NCBI GenBank assembly: GCA_027073495.1
Contig: JALSVQ010000089.1
Coordinates: forward strand, 1,346 to 65,345
Reading direction: 5' to 3'
Source: Flavobacteriaceae bacterium
GTDB taxonomy: Bacteria; Bacteroidota; Bacteroidia; Flavobacteriales; Flavobacteriaceae
Length of the DNA stretch: 64,000 nucleotides
A program made the position numbers and the translations under genes. Below the pieces are notes generated by a model. It did not search any database and was not told the DNA's origin. It saw nothing but the letters and a program-made list of their open reading frames with translations. The first letter of the stretch is position 1, and the number at the start of each line of letters is the position of its first letter. Positions 36,766-45,496 of this stretch are shown one piece after another.

Positions 36766-39700
36766 ATGAAAAAAATAGCCCTGTTTTTACTTTTTGTAGT
36801 TGCATTTTCTTGCAAAAATGATAAATACTCCGATGAATCATTATCTAATTTTAATTTTTTTAAAACATATATCAGCACCTACACAAGAGGAAATATTCCT
36901 TCGAAATCTGAAATAACAGTTGTATTAAACAGTCCACAAGAAAATTGGACTATTGATAAAGAATTATCAAATGATTTAATGACTATTACTCCAAAGGTTT
37001 CGGGTAAATTAATAGCAAAAAATAACAGAACACTGTCATTTGTCCCTACAGATAGATTAAAAAATGATACCGAATATATCGTAGCATTACATTTGTCTAA
37101 ACTTGTAAAAGTAACAGACAAAGCGTATAATGATTTTGTTTTTAAAGTAAAAACCATACCTCAAGATTTTTCTGTTTATACAGGAACACTAAACTCATAT
37201 TCTAAAGATTGGCAATATATTGTTGGTAAGGTCAATACTAATGATGACATGTCTTTTGAAGATGTAGCATCATTAATAACAGCAACACAAAAAGGAAAAA
37301 AACTACCAATCAATTGGGACAGTTCAGGAGCACTTTCCAATCGTTTTTCATTTACAATAGATAGTATTCAGCGTTTTGAAGATGATTCTAAAATAGAAAT
37401 CACTTGGAATGGGAAGCCTGTTGGTATTGAAACCAAAGGAGAAATGGAAAAAGAAATTTTAGGTAAAGGGACATTCAAAATACTAAGTGTAGATGTGGTA
37501 GAAAATCCAACACAGTATATTCAAATAAACTTTACAGATCCATTAAAGAAAAATCAGAACTTTAAAGGGCTTGTTAAAATAATAGATTATAACGGAAGGG
37601 TAAAATACACTGTAAAAAACAATGTGCTCAAAGTCTATCCGCAAAGTAAGATAAAAGGAGAGAAAAGTATAACCGTTTATCAAGGTATAAAAAGTGTAGA
37701 TAATTATAAAAAAGAAAAAACAACAGTACACGATATTACTTTTGAAGAATTAAAACCTGCTGTGCGTTTTTTGGGTAAAGGAAGCATTATGCCGAACTCT
37801 AATAATCTAAAAGTAAATTTTGAAGCCGTTAATCTAAAAGCGGTAGATGTGACGATTATTAAGATATATCAAAACAATATTTTACAATTCTTACAAGATA
37901 ATAGTTTGGTTAATGGAAATAGTAACCTGCGAAAAGTAGGAAGACCTATTGCTAAAAAAACATTAAAACTAAAGAAAGATAATATCACAGACTACGGCAA
38001 ATGGAATGCTTTTGCTGTTGATTTAGCAACACTTATACAAGCTGATCCAGGCGCTATTTACCGTGTTGAATTTAAATTTAAACGCAAATATGCACTTTAC
38101 GATTGTGGTGGTGAGGATATAGAAGATGAAGAAGAAAAAGCCATTGACTATGATCAGGAAGCAGTAGATAGCTCGTATTGGGATATGGAAAATGGCTATT
38201 ATGACGACTATAATTATTATTATGACTGGCGCAATAGAGACAATCCTTGTAGTAAAGCATATTATTCAAAATCACGTTTTATTGCCAAAAACATCATCGC
38301 TTCTAATCTTGGTGTAATTGCAAAAACAACAAGTAACAATACTGTTACACTTGCTGTGAGTAACCTGATTACTGCACAACCAGAAACTGGAGCTTCTGTG
38401 CAATTATTAAATTTTCAACAACAAGAATTAGGAAAGGTTAAAACAAATTCAGATGGTTTAGCTACAATAAAACTACAACACAAACCTTATTTTGCTATTG
38501 TTACTAAAGGCAATAATACTACTTATGTAAAAATGAATGATGGTTCATCATTATCTTTAAGTAAATTTGATGTTACAGGAGTACATAGCAAAAAAGGCTT
38601 ACAAGGTTATATTTATGGAGAACGCGGTGTTTGGCGTCCTGGAGATAGTATTTTTTTAACTTTTGTACTTAATGATAATGCCAATAAACTACCAAAAGGA
38701 CATCCTGTAAAATTGGAACTAACCGATCCACAAGGAAGCTTAATGGAACGTATGGTAAAAACCAAAGGGGTCAATGGATTCTATCATTTTAATTTAAAAA
38801 CAGAAGATGATGAACCAACAGGAAACTGGACAGCCACAGTCAAAGTAGGTGGTGTATCTTTTACCAAGACTTTAAAGATAGAAACTATAAAACCCAATCG
38901 TATTAAAATCAAAACTCATTTTGATGACGAAATTCTCGGCGTAAATGATAATATAGCTGCTGATTTGGAAGCATTATGGCTTCACGGAGCTATTGCCAAA
39001 AATTTGAAGGCAGATGTAAAAATGAAATTAATACCAATCAAAACAAAATTCAAAGGCTATCCTTCTTATATTTTTGATGATCCAGCACGCGAATTTCATA
39101 GTGAAGAATATACTGTTTTTGATGGCACATTAGACCAAAAAGGTAAAGCCTCTTTTAGTTACAGTCCAAAAATAGGAAATACAGCTGCAGGAATGCTCCG
39201 TGCATCATTTATAACCAAAGTATATGAAAAAGGTGGGGATTTTAGTACAAGCGTAGCGAGCAGCAATTATTCGCCATATACTTCATATGTTGGTATGCTT
39301 AGACCAAAAGGAGATCGTGCTCGAAATATGCTATTGACAGACAAGAAACACACTTTTAATGTCGTAACACTTGACGCTAATAGTAAGCCGAAAGCAAACC
39401 GAAAACTGAAAGTAACGGTTTATCATCTTAGTCATAGTTGGTGGTGGGACGCTTCTAACAACAATCTTTCTAGCTATATGGGAAGGGATAATACAGCATT
39501 AGTCTATACAACAGATATAATTACAAATAGCAAAGGAGAAGGCAATTTTCAATTGGAAATAAAATACCCGGATTGGGGGCGTTATTTGGTTCGTGTAGTC
39601 GATCAAAAAAGCGGTCATGGAACAGGAGAAGTCGTTTTTGTAGATTGGCCAGGTTGGGCAGGAAAAGCACGAAAAGGTGACCCTGATGCTGCAACAATGT

Positions 39701-42288
39701 TGGTTTTTAGTGCTGATAAGAAAAAATACAATACCGGAGAAAGTGCTGAGATAGCATTCCCTTCTTCAAAAGGAGCAAAAGCCTTGGTAAGTGTAGAAAA
39801 TGGTTCAGGAATATTGCAACAATTTTGGTTGGATACACAAATTAATGAAACCAAATTCTCATTACCAATAACCAAAGACATGGCTCCGAATATTTATGTA
39901 AATATTTCATTGATTCAACCACATGCCAATACTAAAAACGATTTACCAATCCGTATGTTTGGTGTTATTCCAATAGCAGTAGAAGATAAGGCTACACGTT
40001 TGCATCCAAAAATCAAAATGCCAGATGTTTTAGCTCCAGAACAAGAAGTACATATCAAAGTTAGTGAACAAAATGGAAAAGCAATGACCTATACCATAGC
40101 TATGGTAGACGAAGGTTTACTTGATTTGACTAATTTTAAAACACCAAATGCTTGGGACAATTTCTTTGCACGTCAAGCACTAGGTGTGAAAACTTGGGAT
40201 ATTTATGATGCTGTTTTAGGCGCTTATGGAGGAAGCCTCAATCAAGTATTTGGTATTGGAGGAGATGCTAGCGCTAATGGTGCCAAAGCCAAAAAAGCAA
40301 ACCGTTTTAAACCTGTTGTAACGTATTTAGGTCCTTTTACATTGAAAAAAGGACAAACAAAATCGCATACTATAAAACTACCAAACTATGTTGGTTCGGT
40401 ACGTACTATGGTAGTAGCAGGAAATAATAAACTGATGGCTTATGGTAATGCCGAAAAAGCAACACCAGTGCGTAAACCACTTATGCTTTTAGCATCATTA
40501 CCAAGAAAAGTGACACCATCTGAACACATAACACTACCTGTTACTATATTTGCTATGGAAAAACATGTAAAAGATGTTACTGTTACATTAAAATTCAAAA
40601 AAGGATTTAAAATAGTTGGTTCTAAAACACAAAAATTGCATTTTTCAAATCCTGATGAAAAAATGATTTATTTCAATCTAGAAGCTTCCAATTTTACAGG
40701 AGTAAGTGAAATCGAAGTTTTAGCAAATGGTAATGGCGAACATGCGTCGTACAAAGTAGCTCTTGATATTATAAACCCAAACCCAATAGCGACGGAATAT
40801 AAAGATATAGTACTTGAACCAAATACCAGCCAGACAATAGCTTTTGATACATTTGGAGAACAAGGAACAAATACAGCATCACTAGAAGCATCATCATTAC
40901 CAAATCTTGATTTCAGTAGTAGAATGAATTATTTGATTCAATATCCTCACGGTTGTGTAGAACAAACCACTTCAAGTGTTTTTCCACAATTATTTTTAGA
41001 TGCTGTTTTTGATATTGATGCAGGTAAGAAAGTAAGTATTGAAAATAATATAAAAAATGGTATTAAGCGTTTAACTTCTTTTCAAACTTTTGATGGTGGT
41101 TTATCGTATTGGCCAGGTCAACGCAATGCAAATGATTGGGGAACTTCTTACGCAGGACATTTTATGTTAGAAGCTGAGAAAAAAGGGTACGCTTTGCCTT
41201 TGACATTCAAAACAAAGTGGCTAAAATATCAAAAAAATGCAGCGCGAAACTGGAAAAAAGGAAGTCGTACTACCGATTTAAATCAAGCGTATAGACTTTA
41301 TACATTAGCACTTGCTGATAATGCAGATTTGGCTTCAATGAACAATATGCGTGAAGCAATAGGGATTAGTGATGATGCAAAATGGCGTTTAGCAGCCGCT
41401 TATGCATTAGCTGGTCAAAAAGATGCGGCAAATGATATTATTAACAGCTTGCCAATAACTTTTGCTTCATCTTCAAAAGATTTTTACACCTATGGTTCGG
41501 CTATTCGTAATGAAGCAATGGCATTAGAAACTATGGCATTATTAGCACAACGTGTCAAAGGGAAAGATTTGGCTAAAAGTATAGCAGAAAAATTAGCGTC
41601 TAAACAATGGATGAGTACACAAAGTACCGCTTATAGTTTATTAGCGTTGTCGCAATATGCAAAAAGTATTGGAGGCAAAGGTGTTCAAATTTCGTATAAA
41701 ACCAATAGCGAAAAATCACATAGCTTGTCAACAGCAAAAACCGCTGTAATGGGAGATTTAACCATTCAAAAAGGTTCAAACACGGTAAAAGTAACCAATA
41801 ATAAAGATAATGTAGTTTTTGTACGTGTAGTTTACAAAGGGAAACTACCTGTTGGAAAAGAGCAAACAGCATCACGTGGTTTGGTCATCACACCAGTGTA
41901 TAAAAACCTAGATGGAGACATAATCAACATTAATGCAATACAGCAAGGGACTGATTTTATAGCTGAAATTCAAGTAGCAAGTAAAACAAGTAGCATGGTC
42001 AAAGATGTTGCCTTAACCGAGATATTCCCTTCAGGATGGGAGATTGTCAATACACGTTTTACTGCTTACGGTTCTACGCAAACCAATGATGCTGATTATA
42101 CCGATATTAGAGATGATAGGGTTAATTTTTACTTTGATCTCAAACCAAACGGAACCAAAGTATTCCGTGTATTATTGAATGCTTCTTATCTTGGCAAATA
42201 TTATCTCCCTGGAGTACAAGCAGAAGCTATGTATGATAATGATTATTTTGTCCGTAACAAAGGGCAATGGATTGAAGTGATTAAATAA
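36766..42288 (+). CDS. Bacterial alpha-2-macroglobulin family lipoprotein (YfhM-like) with intact thioester motif
   Basis: 1840 aa with lipobox LFVVAFSC, thioester site YPHGCVEQTTSS, MG-domain repeats and a C-terminal receptor-binding-like domain. Confidence 0.85.
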   Translation: MKKIALFLLFVVAFSCKNDKYSDESLSNFNFFKTYISTYTRGNIPSKSEITVVLNSPQENWTIDKELSNDLMTITPKVSGKLIAKNNRTLSFVPTDRLKNDTEYIVALHLSKLVKVTDKAYNDFVFKVKTIPQDFSVYTGTLNSYSKDWQYIVGKVNTNDDMSFEDVASLITATQKGKKLPINWDSSGALSNRFSFTIDSIQRFEDDSKIEITWNGKPVGIETKGEMEKEILGKGTFKILSVDVVENPTQYIQINFTDPLKKNQNFKGLVKIIDYNGRVKYTVKNNVLKVYPQSKIKGEKSITVYQGIKSVDNYKKEKTTVHDITFEELKPAVRFLGKGSIMPNSNNLKVNFEAVNLKAVDVTIIKIYQNNILQFLQDNSLVNGNSNLRKVGRPIAKKTLKLKKDNITDYGKWNAFAVDLATLIQADPGAIYRVEFKFKRKYALYDCGGEDIEDEEEKAIDYDQEAVDSSYWDMENGYYDDYNYYYDWRNRDNPCSKAYYSKSRFIAKNIIASNLGVIAKTTSNNTVTLAVSNLITAQPETGASVQLLNFQQQELGKVKTNSDGLATIKLQHKPYFAIVTKGNNTTYVKMNDGSSLSLSKFDVTGVHSKKGLQGYIYGERGVWRPGDSIFLTFVLNDNANKLPKGHPVKLELTDPQGSLMERMVKTKGVNGFYHFNLKTEDDEPTGNWTATVKVGGVSFTKTLKIETIKPNRIKIKTHFDDEILGVNDNIAADLEALWLHGAIAKNLKADVKMKLIPIKTKFKGYPSYIFDDPAREFHSEEYTVFDGTLDQKGKASFSYSPKIGNTAAGMLRASFITKVYEKGGDFSTSVASSNYSPYTSYVGMLRPKGDRARNMLLTDKKHTFNVVTLDANSKPKANRKLKVTVYHLSHSWWWDASNNNLSSYMGRDNTALVYTTDIITNSKGEGNFQLEIKYPDWGRYLVRVVDQKSGHGTGEVVFVDWPGWAGKARKGDPDAATMLVFSADKKKYNTGESAEIAFPSSKGAKALVSVENGSGILQQFWLDTQINETKFSLPITKDMAPNIYVNISLIQPHANTKNDLPIRMFGVIPIAVEDKATRLHPKIKMPDVLAPEQEVHIKVSEQNGKAMTYTIAMVDEGLLDLTNFKTPNAWDNFFARQALGVKTWDIYDAVLGAYGGSLNQVFGIGGDASANGAKAKKANRFKPVVTYLGPFTLKKGQTKSHTIKLPNYVGSVRTMVVAGNNKLMAYGNAEKATPVRKPLMLLASLPRKVTPSEHITLPVTIFAMEKHVKDVTVTLKFKKGFKIVGSKTQKLHFSNPDEKMIYFNLEASNFTGVSEIEVLANGNGEHASYKVALDIINPNPIATEYKDIVLEPNTSQTIAFDTFGEQGTNTASLEASSLPNLDFSSRMNYLIQYPHGCVEQTTSSVFPQLFLDAVFDIDAGKKVSIENNIKNGIKRLTSFQTFDGGLSYWPGQRNANDWGTSYAGHFMLEAEKKGYALPLTFKTKWLKYQKNAARNWKKGSRTTDLNQAYRLYTLALADNADLASMNNMREAIGISDDAKWRLAAAYALAGQKDAANDIINSLPITFASSSKDFYTYGSAIRNEAMALETMALLAQRVKGKDLAKSIAEKLASKQWMSTQSTAYSLLALSQYAKSIGGKGVQISYKTNSEKSHSLSTAKTAVMGDLTIQKGSNTVKVTNNKDNVVFVRVVYKGKLPVGKEQTASRGLVITPVYKNLDGDIININAIQQGTDFIAEIQVASKTSSMVKDVALTEIFPSGWEIVNTRFTAYGSTQTNDADYTDIRDDRVNFYFDLKPNGTKVFRVLLNASYLGKYYLPGVQAEAMYDNDYFVRNKGQWIEVIK

Positions 42289-42306
42289 TTGTTTTAAATA
42301 AAAACA

Positions 42307-42348
42307 AAAGGCTGTATTTTTAATTAAATATGGCCTTTTGTTGTTTTT
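42307..42348 (+). terminator. Rho-independent terminator after the alpha-2-macroglobulin gene
   Basis: Stem aaaggctgtattt / aaatatggccttt (two G-U pairs) followed by a T-rich tract. Confidence 0.5.
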
Positions 42349-42373
42349 AGTAATTAGTTAAAAATCAATATTA

Positions 42374-42381
42374 TATCTTTG
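42374..42381 (+). promoter_or_regulatory. -7 promoter box TAtcTTTG upstream of the second ssb-like gene
   Basis: Consensus TAnnTTTG, 138 nt upstream of the ATG at 42519. Confidence 0.35.
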
Positions 42382-42389
42382 TACATCTA

Positions 42390-42407
42390 TTTACTTTCGA
42401 AAGTAAA
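42390..42407. promoter_or_regulatory. 18-bp perfect palindrome TTTACTTTCGAAAGTAAA (candidate operator)
   Basis: Read directly, starting 9 nt downstream of the TAtcTTTG box. Confidence 0.4.
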
Positions 42408-42518
42408 CGATTAATAACCAAATAACATTTGTAACCTATCGCATCTTTGCACCGTCAAACAGAAACACTGGGAGACACGAACATTAATTTTTTTATAAAA
42501 CCATTAAATTTTTTTATC

Positions 42519-42854
42519 ATGAACAATTTAAGAAACAACGTACAGTTAATCGGAAATTTAGGAAACACACCCGAAATTATCACATTAGAAAACGGGAGTA
42601 AATTGGCAAAATTTTCTCTTGCCACTAATGAAAGTTACACCAATAAAAAAGGGGAGAAAATAACCGACACCCAATGGCATAATATCATAGCGTGGAATAA
42701 TACAGCTACTATTGTGGAGAAATTTTTGGATAAAGGAAAGGAAGTTGCCCTTCAAGGAAAATTAACCTCTAGAACGTGGGAAGATCAAGACGGAAAAAAG
42801 CATTATATCACAGAAATTGTATGTAATGAAGTGCTCATGCTTGGTTCTAAATAA
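42519..42854 (+). CDS. Second single-stranded DNA-binding protein paralog (111 aa, no acidic tail)
   Basis: Internal ATG of ORF 42447..42854. Sequence: MNNLRNNVQLIGNLGNTPEIITLENGSKLAKFSLATNESYTNKKGEKITDTQWHNIIAWN. Confidence 0.75.
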   Translation: MNNLRNNVQLIGNLGNTPEIITLENGSKLAKFSLATNESYTNKKGEKITDTQWHNIIAWNNTATIVEKFLDKGKEVALQGKLTSRTWEDQDGKKHYITEIVCNEVLMLGSK

Positions 42855-42876
42855 GCATATTTAGTAAAAATGAATG

Positions 42877-42916
42877 AAAACCACTATAACTTTAGTTATG
42901 GTGGTTTTTATTTTTT
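42877..42916 (+). terminator. Rho-independent terminator after the second ssb
   Basis: Stem aaaaccactataac / gttatggtggtttt with a 4-nt loop, then a T-run. Confidence 0.6.
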
Positions 42917-42988
42917 CAACAATAGAAATGAATCTTTATTAAAAAGATGCAAATATAATATATACAGCTAAAACTAATTTTAATTCTC

Positions 42989-43247
42989 AATAATTATAGC
43001 TTCAAATAAAAATCTTTGACCAATTTTTTATACGCTGCTGTGTATTGGTGGCGCGCTATTTCCAAAACTAATTTTACTGTTATCAAGGCTTGTTTACTTT
43101 GTGAAAGCTGTATCAATACACGCTTGGCTTTGCTGGTTAAGGTGCCATAAACATGTGTGATTTTATAAGGGAATAAACCTTGTTTTGCTGCAATCTCACA
43201 AAATAATTATTGAGATTCAAGAGGTATAATGACTGCCAATTCACCAA
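42989..43247 (-). pseudogene. Decayed duplicate of the last ~254 nt of the tRNA m6A methyltransferase gene (direct repeat of 45492..45750)
   Basis: My hand alignment finds 11 mismatches in ~258 nt and no indels. The translation parallels ...GELAVIIPLESQ but then has a TAA where the intact copy has GAA. There are about 5 further amino-acid changes. Confidence 0.75.
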
Positions 43248-43257
43248 AAAATGAATA

Positions 43258-44763
43258 TTATTTCAATATTGGAGGCATCATTCCATGATGGAAAATATAA
43301 GCTATTAAGTAACCTAAAGGAGCAATAAACCCAAATAAAGCTAATGCATAAAGAAGTGCAAGTCTCCCCATTCCTTTTAATTTACTAAAATCAGTTATTA
43401 TACCAATACTCAAAAATGTTAGCATAAATAGAAACTTTCTAAAAGTCCCTTGTGTAATGCTTCCGCCAATTTTGGCATCAGAAATTATATTAGGAAAGAA
43501 ATACATCATTGCTAAATATAAAAACCAAACAAACATATAGGCTAAAACGAATTTAGGAAAACGGAACCATATCTCAGACCACCTAATTTTTTCTTTATGT
43601 TTTGTTTTTTTCTTATCATTTCTAATCCAGATTATAGCAAGAATAAAAGACCAAATTCCAATAAAAACATCAATCCAAATTTTTGTTAAAATAGCTGCAC
43701 TTAAAATCCAACCTTCTTCCCATTTTATATTGTGCGTTTTTAATTCTTTAGCAATCATTAATTCATCAAGTATTGCACCAGCTGCAGCATCTGCACCATC
43801 TGTTTTTACAGTCATTCCCAATGCTGCACCATTTACGATAGGCTGATTAGGAGCAATATTTGTATAAAGAGGTGGTAAAATAACCAATTCAAACATGGCA
43901 AAAACCACAATTAATGTAGAAACTGCAATTGGAATTAATGGTTTTGCTTTAATAGCTCCAGCAGTTGCAATAGAAGCAGAAACTCCACAAATAGAAATTC
44001 CTGATGATAATACAGCTGCAGAAGCTCTATTTAGTTTAAAAAACTTTCTACCTACATAATAAATAATTGGCCAAAATAACAAGTATGCAACAAACGCAGC
44101 ACCAGCACCAGATAAAGCTAATTCATAGGTAAAACTTGATGCTTTCATTGTCATCATTCCTAATTTAATACCTAACAATACAATGGCTGTTTTAATAAAC
44201 CATTCTGGTTTGGCAGCTTCTTTAATTTTATTAGCAAATCCTTTAAAAAAGTTACCAATAATTAATCCAACAGTTAAGGCTAACATAAACGAAAAACCAC
44301 CTCCAAGTTGTAAGCTCCATTTTAAATCAAATTTTTGATAACTATTTTTTCCTTTAACAACAGCATCTATTGCGCTAAAATGTGCTTCGTGCCCTAAAAT
44401 CCAAACAAGCCAAGTTAATGAAAATATTACTGTAAAGCCAAAAATCCATTTTTTAACATTTCTCCTTTGAAAATAAGCGCCTAAAGTAGTTAAACTTAAA
44501 AACGTAAAATAAGTGAAGAATAATGAAAATAACGGATGCCAATCTTTATAATTTTTTGATGAAGTTTTTATAAGTTTAGACCAAGAAAAATCATTTATTA
44601 AATTAGAAAATTCCCAAGTTTTTGGTTTTGCTATCCATCCAACGGCATCTAATTCCCATATGGTTAATAATCCTAAAGCAAAAAAGAATAAACCAAGCCA
44701 GGCAGACCACCAATCTTCTGTGGAAAACATACCATCATACCATTTTTTATTTGTTGTACTCAT
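43258..44763 (-). CDS. YeiH/UPF0324-family membrane transporter (putative sulfate-exporter family) with a ~150-aa N-terminal TM extension and an internal insertion
   Basis: 501 aa. The segments IKTAIVLLGIKLG...LSSGISICGVSASIATAGAI...VVFAMFELVILPPLY and the C-terminal FLFMLTFLSIGIITDFSKLKGMG align by eye with E. coli YeiH (LRLGIILYGFRL...GAGSSICGAAAVLAT...). Confidence 0.65.
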   Translation of the reverse strand: MSTTNKKWYDGMFSTEDWWSAWLGLFFFALGLLTIWELDAVGWIAKPKTWEFSNLINDFSWSKLIKTSSKNYKDWHPLFSLFFTYFTFLSLTTLGAYFQRRNVKKWIFGFTVIFSLTWLVWILGHEAHFSAIDAVVKGKNSYQKFDLKWSLQLGGGFSFMLALTVGLIIGNFFKGFANKIKEAAKPEWFIKTAIVLLGIKLGMMTMKASSFTYELALSGAGAAFVAYLLFWPIIYYVGRKFFKLNRASAAVLSSGISICGVSASIATAGAIKAKPLIPIAVSTLIVVFAMFELVILPPLYTNIAPNQPIVNGAALGMTVKTDGADAAAGAILDELMIAKELKTHNIKWEEGWILSAAILTKIWIDVFIGIWSFILAIIWIRNDKKKTKHKEKIRWSEIWFRFPKFVLAYMFVWFLYLAMMYFFPNIISDAKIGGSITQGTFRKFLFMLTFLSIGIITDFSKLKGMGRLALLYALALFGFIAPLGYLIAYIFHHGMMPPILK

Positions 44764-45005
44764 TAGTTTAAATTAAAAGTTAAACTTCGGTTAAAATAAT
44801 GTGGCATATATTGGCTATGCCACGTAGGAAAACGATCAAAATCAAAATAAAGATTAACTTCAATTTCTCCTTTTTTATAAATTGATTTTAAATATTTTGC
44901 AATACCATTATCTAATTCGTCTAAAGAATCAGCTGTAATTTCAGTAGTGTCTGCAAAACATATCCATTGGTTGTTTGTAAACGAAAGCGTATAATCTAAT
45001 TGCAT
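44763..45005 (-). CDS. 80-aa soluble protein of unknown function
   Basis: Its stop overlaps the transporter ATG by 1 nt (TAATG). It ends in ...FPTWHSQYMPHYFNRSLTFNLN. The N-terminal half has a beta-beta-beta-alpha pattern loosely like HicB-type folds. Confidence 0.5.
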   Translation of the reverse strand: MQLDYTLSFTNNQWICFADTTEITADSLDELDNGIAKYLKSIYKKGEIEVNLYFDFDRFPTWHSQYMPHYFNRSLTFNLN

Positions 45006-45015
45006 GATTGTAATT

Positions 45016-45168
45016 TTAAAGAATAAACCAATTGATTAATAAGCCTAAAATAAAAAGGCCTACAATTGCAATTAAAATACTGTAAATAACTAATTTACTT
45101 TCCCAAGATTCCCAAGGTTCTGGGTTAGTAAACAATTCATTAGAATGGTCCTGAGATCTATTTTTCAT
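45016..45168 (-). CDS. 50-aa single-TM peptide MKNRSQDHSNELFTNPEPWESWESKLVIYSILIAIVGLFILGLLINWFIL
   Basis: Below the ORF-track length cut-off. It ends 10 nt before the 80-aa gene and lies ~82 nt downstream of a TAtaTTTG box. Confidence 0.35.
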   Translation of the reverse strand: MKNRSQDHSNELFTNPEPWESWESKLVIYSILIAIVGLFILGLLINWFIL

Positions 45169-45249
45169 AGGTTAAAAACTTAAGCGTAATAAAAAAATAC
45201 TAAATTTAATAGTAGTATTAATTTATATTAAATGATAAAAATTGGATTG

Positions 45250-45257
45250 CAAATATA
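45250..45257 (-). promoter_or_regulatory. -7 promoter box TAtaTTTG driving the three-gene cassette
   Basis: The reverse complement of caaatata matches TAnnTTTG. Confidence 0.4.
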
Positions 45258-45496
45258 AAAAAAATAAAATACAATTAAGTCTTTTTTATAAGGTTGTTAT
45301 CTGTTTACTGTGCTTAGGTATTTAGTTACTTTCCGATACAGAAATTCTGTTAGCTGTTTTCAAAGGCAAATAAGCAACAATCCATACAAAATAGTTGTGC
45401 GTTTTAGATGATTATTTTCAATTAAAAAAAAACGTAACGAAACAATAAATAAATTAAGTTATGGCAAGTCTAAAGTCTATTTCAATAATTAAATAA

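Noticed and set aside
44763-45005. The 80-aa cassette protein as a HicB-type antitoxin of a toxin-antitoxin pair.
   Set aside because: The resemblance is limited to a vague secondary-structure pattern. No HicA-like toxin ORF is adjacent, and the gene is coupled to a transporter instead.
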